Source: an uncultured delta proteobacterium (GTDB lineage Bacteria > Myxococcota_A > Polyangia > Haliangiales > Haliangiaceae). Taken from it: a stretch of DNA of 64,000 bases. Shown one piece after another: positions 53,389 through 64,000 of the stretch (the stretch's first letter is position 1; each line of letters starts with the position of its first letter). The notes beneath the pieces were generated by a model. The model was not told where the DNA came from. It worked only from the letters and a program-made list of their open reading frames with translations, and did not search any database. The position numbers were made by a program, and so were the translations under genes. The stretch spans positions 384,001 through 448,000 of the forward strand of contig CAWKDB010000002.1 of assembly GCA_963848295.1 (NCBI GenBank), written 5' to 3'.

Positions 53389-55518
53389 CTAGATCACGAA
53401 GTTGTGAACTTCTTCCGGGCCGGGGTTCGCGTCGAGCGCTTCGCGGCGCGATAGACGGATCTTGCCGTCGCGGTCGACCTTGATGCACTTGACGACGACC
53501 TCGTCGCCTTCGCTCAGCACATCTTCGACCGCGCGGATCCGCTCCTTCGCGACCTCGGAGATGTGAAGCAGCCCGTCGGTGCCCGGCATGATCTCTACGA
53601 ACGCACCGATCTCGACGATCTTCTTGACGATGCCGTTATAGAACAGGCCTACCTCGGGCTCCATCGTGAGCCCCGAGATCAACGCCTGCGCCTGCTCGAT
53701 CGCCTTCGAGTTCGACGACGCGATCGACACCGTGCCGTTGTCGTTGATGTCGATCTGCGCGCCGGTCTGCTCCTGGATCGCGCGGATCGTCTTGCCGCCG
53801 GGCCCGATGATGTCGCGGACCTTGTCCGGCTTGACCTGCACCGTCACGATGCGCGGCGCGTAGATCGAGACCTCGTCGCGCGGCGCCGAGATCGCGGCAT
53901 CCATCTTCTCTAGGATGTGGATGCGACCGCGCTTGGCTTGGTCGAGCGCCTCTTCGAGAATCTTGCGGGTCAGGCCGTCGACCTTGATGTCCATCTGCAG
54001 CGCGCAGATGCCACGCCGCGTGCCGGTGACCTTGAAGTCCATATCGCCGAGATGATCCTCGTCGCCGAGAATGTCGGACAAGATGACGTAGTCATCGCCT
54101 TCCTTCATCAGGCCCATCGCGATGCCGGCAACCGGCGCCTTGGTCGGCACGCCGGCGTCCATCAGCGCGAGCGAGCCGCCGCACACCGACGCCATCGACG
54201 ACGAACCGTTGCTCTCGAGGATGTCCGACACGACGCGGATCGTGTACGGGAAGTCTTCGTAGATCGGGACGATCGCCTCGACCGAGCGCTCGGCGAGGAA
54301 GCCGTGGCCGACCTCGCGCCGGGACTGGCCGCGCAGCATCTTGACTTCACCGGTCGAGAACGGCGGGAAGTTGTAGTCCATGTAGAACGTGCGCTTCTTG
54401 TCGCCTAGCAGCGTGTCGAGCTTCTTCTCGTCGTACTTCGTACCGAGCGTCACCGCGACGAGCGCTTGGGTCTCGCCACGGGTGAACAGCGCCGAGCCGT
54501 GGGCCCGCGGTAGCACGCCGGTCTCGATCGTGATCGCGCGAATCTCGTCCGGGTTGCGGCCGTCGATCCGCTTGCGGGTCGCGAGCGTATGGCCGCGGGC
54601 CCACTTCTTGTGGAGCTTGCCGAACGCGGCCTCGAACGCCTTGCCGTCGGCGGGCGTCGCGGCGATCAAGCCCTCGGCGACAACCGTCGCCTGAGTCTCG
54701 GTCTTGAGCGCGGCGGTCTCGCTGTAGCGCTTCTTCTTGTCCTTGATCTGCAGCGTCGTGCCGAGCTTCTCCCACGCGAGCTCTTTGATCTTCGCGGCGA
54801 GGGCTTCGTTCGGGACCGGCGGCGTGAACGGGCGCTTCTCCTTGCCGTTCGCGGCGCGCAGGCGCTCTTGCAGATCGATCAACGGCTGACAAGCCTGGTG
54901 AGCGAACAGCAGCGCGTCGATCACGACGTCCTCCTGCAGCTCGTGCATCTCGCCTTCGACCATCATGATCGCGTCTTTGCTCGCCGCGACGATGATGTTC
55001 ATGTCGCTCTTTTCGAGCTCGGCGAACGTTGGGTTCGCGATGAACTGGCCGTCGACGCGGCCGACGCGGATCCCGGCGAGCGGTCCGCCCCACACGAGAT
55101 CGGAGAGATGGACCGCGCACGACGCGCCGGTCATCGCGAGCACGTCGGTCGCGTTCTCCTTGTCGAACGAGATCACGTTCGCGATGATCTGCGTGTCGAT
55201 GAACCAGCCCTTCGGGAACAGCGGGCGGACCGGCCGATCCATCAACCGGCAGATCAAGATCTCTGCGTTAGTCGTGCGGCCTTCGCGGCGGAAGAAGCTG
55301 CCGGGGATCTTGCCCGACGAGTAGAACTTCTCCTGGTACTCGCAGGTCAGCGGCATGAAGTCGATGTCGCGCGGCTGGGCAGAGCCCTGCGCGGTCACCA
55401 GCACCATGCTGTCGCCGCACCGAATGACGATCGAGCCACTGGCCTGCTTGGCCCACTTACCGGTCTCGACAATGATCTCTTTGCCGCCGACGATGGCGGA
55501 CTCGCGAACGAATGGCAT
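53389..55518 (-). CDS. pnp: Polyribonucleotide nucleotidyltransferase
   Basis: [41 protein letters not shown] ([10 protein letters not shown]) and S1 domains. Confidence 0.98.
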   Translation of the reverse strand: MPFVRESAIVGGKEIIVETGKWAKQASGSIVIRCGDSMVLVTAQGSAQPRDIDFMPLTCEYQEKFYSSGKIPGSFFRREGRTTNAEILICRLMDRPVRPLFPKGWFIDTQIIANVISFDKENATDVLAMTGASCAVHLSDLVWGGPLAGIRVGRVDGQFIANPTFAELEKSDMNIIVAASKDAIMMVEGEMHELQEDVVIDALLFAHQACQPLIDLQERLRAANGKEKRPFTPPVPNEALAAKIKELAWEKLGTTLQIKDKKKRYSETAALKTETQATVVAEGLIAATPADGKAFEAAFGKLHKKWARGHTLATRKRIDGRNPDEIRAITIETGVLPRAHGSALFTRGETQALVAVTLGTKYDEKKLDTLLGDKKRTFYMDYNFPPFSTGEVKMLRGQSRREVGHGFLAERSVEAIVPIYEDFPYTIRVVSDILESNGSSSMASVCGGSLALMDAGVPTKAPVAGIAMGLMKEGDDYVILSDILGDEDHLGDMDFKVTGTRRGICALQMDIKVDGLTRKILEEALDQAKRGRIHILEKMDAAISAPRDEVSIYAPRIVTVQVKPDKVRDIIGPGGKTIRAIQEQTGAQIDINDNGTVSIASSNSKAIEQAQALISGLTMEPEVGLFYNGIVKKIVEIGAFVEIMPGTDGLLHISEVAKERIRAVEDVLSEGDEVVVKCIKVDRDGKIRLSRREALDANPGPEEVHNFVI

Positions 55519-55830
55519 ACGTGTCCTCTTTGGAAATCACGTCGCCGGTCGGTCGAGCCGTATGGCCTGAACCCTCGGTCCAATTTCTCGGTGCGCCTCG
55601 CCCCGGGAACCTCGACTGAACGATCAAACCTACGTTTCTCTAGTGATCTGCGACGCTACGCTGACGTTGTTGTTTCGGCGGGCTTTATTGCACACCGACT
55701 CCCGAAAGCCAAGGCAGCGCGACCGTGCCGAAATTAGCCTGGGTTCAGGCTAGTTGCGTCGCGAACTCTTCGTAACGTCGCGGAACCGGCCTCGTGATTC
55801 GACAGACAGGGTGTTATCGTCGGTGTAATC

Positions 55831-56598
55831 GTGGGTTACGCCAGCGTGATTTGGCTGCTGGTCGCTGGCTGCTCGTTCACGGCGCCGAGCGCCGGCGGTA
55901 GCGATGGATCGCCGACTCACGACGCCGGTCGCGACGCGCATCCCGGTCCCGATGGCCCGATCGACGCGATGCCCGACGCGCTCGGTCCGCCCCGAGCTCA
56001 CTTCGTCCAATCGATGCACGCCGCCACGGCCATCACGACCAGCCACACCTTGGAGGTCTCCGAAACCGAGGGTGATCTGATGATCGTCGCCGCCTACAGC
56101 ACGAACCCGGCCGCTACGTTTGCGGTCACCGATACCGCAGGGTTAACGTGGACCCCGGAGGCGGCGGTCGCGCCCACCGGCTGCATGCCGGCGCTCCAGC
56201 TGTGGCACGCCCCGGTCGGCGCGAGCGCGATCGATGCGGTCACCGCGACCGCCGATGTCGACGCCTACATGGGGACGACGGTCACCGAGTACTCCGGGGT
56301 GAGCGCGGTGTCGAGCGCCGCGACGGTCGCGGCACCCGCGAGCTCCACGATCGCCACGATGACGATGACGACGACGGAGCAAGCGATGGTGTTCGTCGTG
56401 TTCGCCGACTCCAATGGCGCGGCGAATCCCGCGCCGGCATCGGGCTGGAACGAGCGCGAAAACGACGGGTTCTTCTACTCCGTCGCCCAGGACAACGGGG
56501 TCGGTGCGACCGCGGGTACGCAGAGCCCGAGCGCCTCACCGCTCGCGGTCGACGATAACTGCTGGGTCGGCGCGGCGGTCGCGCTGCGTACGCCTTAG
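55831..56598 (+). CDS. Hypothetical lipoprotein (beta-rich)
   Basis: WLLVAGCSF lipobox, DA-rich linker, T/A/S-rich beta-sandwich-like domain. Confidence 0.7.
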   Translation: MGYASVIWLLVAGCSFTAPSAGGSDGSPTHDAGRDAHPGPDGPIDAMPDALGPPRAHFVQSMHAATAITTSHTLEVSETEGDLMIVAAYSTNPAATFAVTDTAGLTWTPEAAVAPTGCMPALQLWHAPVGASAIDAVTATADVDAYMGTTVTEYSGVSAVSSAATVAAPASSTIATMTMTTTEQAMVFVVFADSNGAANPAPASGWNERENDGFFYSVAQDNGVGATAGTQSPSASPLAVDDNCWVGAAVALRTP

Positions 56599-56680
56599 CC
56601 CCGTTAACGGGGGCCCCTCGGCCCAGGGCGTCGGCCGTCCTTGCTGCGCCGGACAGCCGATCGATCGATCGGCCTCGGGG

Positions 56681-56950
56681 CTACCGGCGCAGGCCGAGCG
56701 TCTCGATGACCACCTTGTAGCGGTCCAGGCTCTTGCGCTTCAAGTAGTCGAGCAGCGCGCGGCGCTGGCCGTTCATCCGCAGCATGCCGCGGCGGCTGTG
56801 GTGATCTTTGTGGTTGTTCTTGAGGTGCTCGGTCAGGTGCGTGATCCGCTCGGTGAGCAGCGCGACCTGGACCTCGGGCGAACCGGTGTCGCCTTCCGAG
56901 CGCTTGAACTTGTTGATCGTCTCGGCTTTACGAATCGGGGAAACAGACAT
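56681..56950 (-). CDS. rpsO: 30S ribosomal protein S15
   Basis: [16 protein letters not shown]...HKDHHSRRG...LLDYLK. Confidence 0.98.
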   Translation of the reverse strand: MSVSPIRKAETINKFKRSEGDTGSPEVQVALLTERITHLTEHLKNNHKDHHSRRGMLRMNGQRRALLDYLKRKSLDRYKVVIETLGLRR

Positions 56951-57036
56951 CCGTAGCTCCTAGTCGCCGACGGCCGCGTCCGACATGAACGAGTGCCGTG
57001 GTCAGTCCCGGACATTGGGGGAAACCGTGCGGGGCG

Positions 57037-57927
57037 TCAAGGCGCAAACACGCGGTCGTAGATCACGCGCCCGGCATCGACGTGGACGACCGCGACGAGC
57101 TCGCCGATATCGCTAACGAGCTGGAATCGCCTGGTTTCCGCTCCTAGCCGCGCGGCTTCCCCGCCGAGCATGTCGACCGGGAGCTGGACCCCGGAGCGGA
57201 CCGAGCGCAGGAGCTCGGCAGCGAGCTCGACGGATGGCAGGTTGGTCGCACGCGCGAGCGGCACCAGCCGCTGGGGATCGAAGCCCGCGACGTCGTCGAT
57301 CGCGACCGCGTCGCCGATCGCGAACACCCCGCAGCGCGTGCGCCGGAGCTCGGCGAGATGCGCGCCGCAGCCCAGGTCGTTGCCGAGATCGGCGACCAAG
57401 CTGCGGACGTACGTGCCCTTGCTGCACGCGACCGCGAAGCGCACGCGTGATCCGTCGTGCGCGAGCAGCGTCAGCGAAGCGATCTTGATCCGCCTCGGCT
57501 CGCGCTCGACGTGCTCGCCGGCGCGCGCGCGTGTGTAGAGCCGGACGCCATCGCGTTTGATCGCGGAGAACATCGGCGGCACTTGATCGGAGTCGCCGGT
57601 TCGCGCCGCGAGCGCCGCGACGATCTGATCGCGCGTGACATCGACCGGGTGGGTCGCGGTCGGGTTGCCCGTGCGATCGAGCGTGTCGGTCTCGACCCCG
57701 AGCACCATGTCGGCCTCGTATGCCTTGTCTTCGCCGAGCATGAAGCCGGCGATCTTCGTCGCTTCGTTGATGCAGATCGGCAGGACGCCGGTCGCGATCG
57801 GATCGAGCGTGCCCGCGTGTCCCGCCCGCTTCGCGCCGAGTGCGCGCTTGACGCTCGCGACCGCTTGCGCCGAGGACACCCCGGTCGGCTTGTCGAGCAC
57901 GATGACGCCGCTCGCGATCACGATCAC
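57037..57927 (-). CDS. truB: tRNA pseudouridine(55) synthase
   Basis: LDKPTG, AGHAGTLDP, QVPPMFSAIK, CSKGTYVRSL, LRRTRCG. Confidence 0.96.
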   Translation of the reverse strand: MIVIASGVIVLDKPTGVSSAQAVASVKRALGAKRAGHAGTLDPIATGVLPICINEATKIAGFMLGEDKAYEADMVLGVETDTLDRTGNPTATHPVDVTRDQIVAALAARTGDSDQVPPMFSAIKRDGVRLYTRARAGEHVEREPRRIKIASLTLLAHDGSRVRFAVACSKGTYVRSLVADLGNDLGCGAHLAELRRTRCGVFAIGDAVAIDDVAGFDPQRLVPLARATNLPSVELAAELLRSVRSGVQLPVDMLGGEAARLGAETRRFQLVSDIGELVAVVHVDAGRVIYDRVFAP

Positions 57928-58952
57928 AGCGACGTGATCCACGCCCTGAGCGTGGCATCGCCGGTCGGATCCATCATCTTGGTGCCGAGCGCCGGCATGT
58001 GGTTCGCCGGATTCGTCGTCTCGAACCGATCGATCATGATCGAGGTCGTCGGATCGCCGGGCGCGATGATCTCGGTCAGCATATCGATCGGCTGGGTCGC
58101 CGTCGCGCCGACCGCGGTTTGATACGGCGGCGTGTCGCCGGCCGCCGCGAGCGTGGCGACGGTCAACCGCAGCTGCATCGTCACGCCGACGCTGATGTAG
58201 ACCTGCGATGTCGGGTTGTGGCAGTGCCCGCAGTTCGCGTGCAAGTAGCCGAGCGCCGCCTTGACCGTCGCATTGCCCGGGACCGGGAAATACGGGGCCG
58301 CGCCAGTCGGCGGCGCGGATAGCACGTTCTGGTCGATGAGATCCTGCAACGACACCGGCGTCGCGCCATCGAGTTGGATCGCGCCGAACCCGAGCAGCCG
58401 GCTCGGGATGAGGTTTTCATGGCAGCCCTTGCATTGAAACTGCGACGGAATGTCGTGGCTCGTGCCGTTCGCGTTCGTGACCCCGAATGGCACTTCGATC
58501 GTGTCGGTCTCGCCGGGGTTCCACTGATAGGCCATGTAGAACCAATCCGCGGCGGTCTCGCCCGGCCCGGTCTTCTCGATGTAGCGGGTCTCGATCTTCG
58601 CGCTGCCGACCGAGAACTCCTTCCAGATCCGCGTGCCCTGCGGGAACACCCAGTGGTCCATGTCGGTCGTGTCGATCGTCGCGCCCGCTGGTAACGAGTA
58701 CCAGCGGCGTTTGCTCGCGGCGTCGGCCCACAGCGCGAAGTTCGGCGCGTACTCGACGAGGCCCGGCGTGATCTGCGTGCACGCGCGATCGACGCACAGC
58801 CCGGTATCGAACAGCGTCGGATACGGGCCCGCGGCGTCCGCGGGGACGTCGAGGGAACCGTCGCCGTGCGGTCCGCGAGCCGCATCGACCGGCGCCGCCG
58901 AGTTGTCGCCGCAAGCGACGAGGACCGCGAGCAGCCACGCGTTGCGCACCAT
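57924..58952 (-). CDS. Di-haem c-type cytochrome lipoprotein (SO2930-like)
   Basis: Lipobox [47 protein letters not shown]. Confidence 0.8.
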   Translation of the reverse strand: MVRNAWLLAVLVACGDNSAAPVDAARGPHGDGSLDVPADAAGPYPTLFDTGLCVDRACTQITPGLVEYAPNFALWADAASKRRWYSLPAGATIDTTDMDHWVFPQGTRIWKEFSVGSAKIETRYIEKTGPGETAADWFYMAYQWNPGETDTIEVPFGVTNANGTSHDIPSQFQCKGCHENLIPSRLLGFGAIQLDGATPVSLQDLIDQNVLSAPPTGAAPYFPVPGNATVKAALGYLHANCGHCHNPTSQVYISVGVTMQLRLTVATLAAAGDTPPYQTAVGATATQPIDMLTEIIAPGDPTTSIMIDRFETTNPANHMPALGTKMMDPTGDATLRAWITSL

Positions 58953-58970
58953 CGGTCGATGGTAACAAAC

Positions 58971-60038
58971 TTAGGCTTTGGCGGGCGACGGCGGGGTTAC
59001 GGGCTTCGTGCCGCGATTGAAGGCAGCGTCGAGCGCGCGCACGACCTTGTCTTTCGTCGACACGAGATCGCCGGCGAGGTGACAGCCACCCGCGCCGGGA
59101 TGGCCGCCGCCGCCGAGCGTCATGCACACGCGACCCACATCGATCCGCTCGCTGCGCGAGCGCATCGACACCCGCACGCCGCCACCTTTTGCGGTCGTGA
59201 GCAGCACCCCGACCTGCACGCCATCGACGTTGCGGGCCCAGTTGACCATGCCTTCGATGTCTTCCCACGAGGCGCGCGCGCCTTCGACCATCTCGGTCGT
59301 GACCGACAGCACTCCGGCGCGACCCGCGCAGTGCAGCTCGAGGGTCGACAACACGCTGCCGAGCAGCCGCAGCTTGCTCGGGCTCGGCCGCTCCTCGAGG
59401 CTCGCCGCGATCGTGGCGGGCACGACGCCGGCGCGGATCAGCTCGGCCCCGACCTGCAGGACCTCGGCGTTCGTGTTCGCGTGGCGAAACCCGCCGGTGT
59501 CCGAGATCAGCGAGACATAGAGCGGCACCGCCGCTTCCGGGGTCAGCTTCCACCCCATGTGCTCGGCGATGCGATGCACCAGCACGCCGACCGCCGCCGC
59601 GCTCGGGTCCCATACCGCGATGTCGCCGAACGGCCGGCCGCTGGCATGATGGTCGAGCGTGATCAGCGTGCCGCACACCTCGGGCGGCGGGAGCGCGTCG
59701 CCGAGCAGCGTGATGTCGGCGCAATCGACCACGATCGTGCAGTCGAACCGCTCGTCGAACGGAATCGTGTGGACCGTCGTCGACATCAACGGCAGCCAGC
59801 GATAACGCCGCGCGATCGGATCGATCGAATAGATCACCGCGGTCTTGCCGACCGCACGCATCAGCGACGCGAGCCCGGCCATCGAGCCGGAGCCGTCGCC
59901 ATCGGGGCGGCGGTGGCTGGTCAACAGGATCCGCTGCGCATCGCGCAACAGGTCGCACGCCCGGCCGAGGGTCTCCTCGATCGCCGCGGCCTTGCCGGGG
60001 CCGTCACCAACACCGACTGCGGTCGGATCGACGGTCAC
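58971..60038 (-). CDS. nrnA: DHH/DHHA1 phosphoesterase (NrnA family)
   Basis: [34 protein letters not shown] overlaps the rbfA stop. Confidence 0.9.
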   Translation of the reverse strand: MTVDPTAVGVGDGPGKAAAIEETLGRACDLLRDAQRILLTSHRRPDGDGSGSMAGLASLMRAVGKTAVIYSIDPIARRYRWLPLMSTTVHTIPFDERFDCTIVVDCADITLLGDALPPPEVCGTLITLDHHASGRPFGDIAVWDPSAAAVGVLVHRIAEHMGWKLTPEAAVPLYVSLISDTGGFRHANTNAEVLQVGAELIRAGVVPATIAASLEERPSPSKLRLLGSVLSTLELHCAGRAGVLSVTTEMVEGARASWEDIEGMVNWARNVDGVQVGVLLTTAKGGGVRVSMRSRSERIDVGRVCMTLGGGGHPGAGGCHLAGDLVSTKDKVVRALDAAFNRGTKPVTPPSPAKA

Positions 60039-60436
60039 GTGCCGTCCTTCGGGTCGCGACCGGCGGCGCGCGCCTTGGCTTCGTCGTCGCGCACGATCTG
60101 CGCGAGCTTGTCGGACATGTCGACCGACGCGTCGTGCAGGAACCGCAGCTCGGGCGCGTGCCGCAACCCGAGGCGGCGGCCGACCTCGCCGCGCAGGAAG
60201 CCCGCGGCCTTGGTGAGCCCGGCGATCGCTCCGTCGATCTCGGCGTCGTCTTGGCCACCGTCCTTGCTCACGATCGACACGTAACAGCGCGCGACCGACA
60301 GGTCGACGTTGAGCTCGACCTTCGTGATCGTGAGCAGCGCCGGCGCGTGGACGCGCGGATCGCGCACGTCCGACGCGATCATCTCGGTCAGCGCCTCGCG
60401 CATGCCGTGCTCGACCCGGGCCTTGCGACTGTTCAC
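60035..60436 (-). CDS. rbfA: Ribosome-binding factor A
   Basis: VRDPRV...TITKVELNVDLSVARCY...AAGFLR...LRHAPELRF..D. Confidence 0.95.
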   Translation of the reverse strand: MNSRKARVEHGMREALTEMIASDVRDPRVHAPALLTITKVELNVDLSVARCYVSIVSKDGGQDDAEIDGAIAGLTKAAGFLRGEVGRRLGLRHAPELRFLHDASVDMSDKLAQIVRDDEAKARAAGRDPKDGT

Positions 60437-60846
60437 GCTCGATCCTTCCAGGCATCGGGGATCCAGTCGGCGTCCGCGGTCGCCTTGTCACCTGCGCCGG
60501 TGCGCTCGGCGAGCTCGGGCGACGGCGCTACGTACGCTGCGCCGACCTTGTCGAACGTCGTGAGGTCGCGTGCGATCGCGACGATCTGCGCATCGCCCGC
60601 CTCCGCCGCCGCTTGCACCGCACGGATCGCCTCATCGATCAGCTCGCCGGCCTTGGGCCGATCGCCCGAGACCACCGCGCAGCCGAGCTCGGCGCGATGC
60701 CAGTCGTCGAGCGCGCCGACCTCGTTGATCACGACACCGAGCCGTTCGCGCACGCGATCCTTCACGCGCCGCACGACCATCCGCTTGTCTTTGAGCGAGT
60801 GACTCTCGGCGATCGCAACGGTCAGCTTGGCGATGGCCACGTACAC
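60433..60846 (-). CDS. DUF503 (YlxP-like) protein
   Basis: SHSLKDKRMVVRRVKDRVRERLGV...EVGALDDWHRAELG; usual position between infB and rbfA. Confidence 0.9.
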   Translation of the reverse strand: MYVAIAKLTVAIAESHSLKDKRMVVRRVKDRVRERLGVVINEVGALDDWHRAELGCAVVSGDRPKAGELIDEAIRAVQAAAEAGDAQIVAIARDLTTFDKVGAAYVAPSPELAERTGAGDKATADADWIPDAWKDRA

Positions 60847-60880
60847 GACCTCAACGTACCACGCCGCCCGAGGATCGGAG

Positions 60881-61659
60881 TCAGGCGGTCCGGCCGTGAA
60901 CGAGCGTCTTCGGCCCGTCGCGGAACAGCACTTCGATCTTCGAGCTGTCGATCGCGCGAACGACGATGCCGAGGCCGAGCTTCGTGTGCGAGACCAGATC
61001 ATCGGCCTTGAAGCTGTGGTTCACCGTGTACGGCACGAAGTCCGACTCCGGGCGATCACCGACGACCTTCTGCCACTTGCGCTCGCGCGTTCGCTGAGCG
61101 CGCTCTTCGGCCGAGACTTGCCAGCCCCAGCCGGACAACAGCTTCGTCGCGTGCTCCTGCGTGCGCCAGTCGGCACCGAGGCACAGCGCCTCGACCGGCG
61201 CGAGCTGCTCGAGCGTGATCGCGGCGTTGTCGAGCTTGAGGACTTCGCGCAGCATGCCGCGCGCCCGGGTCGTGAGCTGCCCAGCCGGCGACTCGGCCGC
61301 GAGATCGGCGAGCCGAAACACGATCGACGGCTTCAGCCGGCGTGCGAACGCCGAGAAGTCCTGGAGCATCTTGCGCTGATCGGCGCCGATCAACGTCGCG
61401 AGCGCAGGCGTCCGGCGCTTGAGCCGCGCCATCGCGGTCGCGGCATCGGACACCAGGTACGGTGGCCCGAGCGCGAACAGCTCGTCCTGGCGCGCGGCGA
61501 ACCGGACACCGGACAGCGGCTCTTCGCGCAGGTCGGCCTCCTCGAACATCGCGAGCCAGAACAGCGGGAGGTGACTCTTGCCACCATCGAGCTCGGACGC
61601 CTTTGCGGCGAGGACGCGGTCGATGGGCTCGAAGCTATCGAGATAAGCGTAGTGGGCCA

Positions 61660-61660
<1 letters not shown>
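60881..61660 (-). CDS. Hypothetical protein with C-terminal SH3/Tudor-like domain
   Basis: C-terminus PYTVNHSFKADDLVSHTKLGLGIV...KIEVLFRDGPKTLVHG; start overlaps the infB stop. Confidence 0.7.

Positions 61661-64000
<2,340 letters not shown>

Noticed and set aside
56599..56673. ncRNA between the lipoprotein gene and rpsO
   Set aside because: Palindromes CCCCGTTAACGGGG and GCCGATCGATCGATCGGC are adequately explained as terminators between convergent genes

Overview
GC-rich bacterial chromosomal window. Its gene content points to a myxobacterium (Myxococcota, possibly Haliangiales/Kofleriaceae-like); that taxonomy is my inference. Housekeeping blocks: mazG'-rpsT; lysS-lolC/E-lolD-bamA-skp-fabZ; purF-prfB (with the programmed +1 frameshift); purB-purC-purL; and infB-DUF503-rbfA-nrnA-truB-rpsO-pnp...dut. 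The main accessory features are: (1) a complete Glt/Nfs-like trans-envelope operon (4.3-16.5 kb) in nfsA-H-like order with two extra subunits, no motor genes, and a divergent FHA-sigma54 activator; (2) an outer-membrane biogenesis operon lacking lpxD/lpxA/lpxB, where a Spinster-like MFS transporter and two lipoproteins follow fabZ, suggesting an LPS-free envelope; (3) a group II intron 3' remnant whose terminal AT forms the ATG of panE, joined head-to-head to a four-helix-bundle gene remnant; (4) an HNH endonuclease with a RuvA-C-like tail behind a PafBC-like promoter motif; (5) tandem secreted paralogues of unknown family, a His-less DHp-like FHA protein, an unannotated 57-aa small protein with a structured leader, and a purB frameshift that creates an in-frame PurB'-PurC ORF. 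I found no rRNA, tRNA or true CRISPR array. All calls come from motif recognition by eye; no searches were run.
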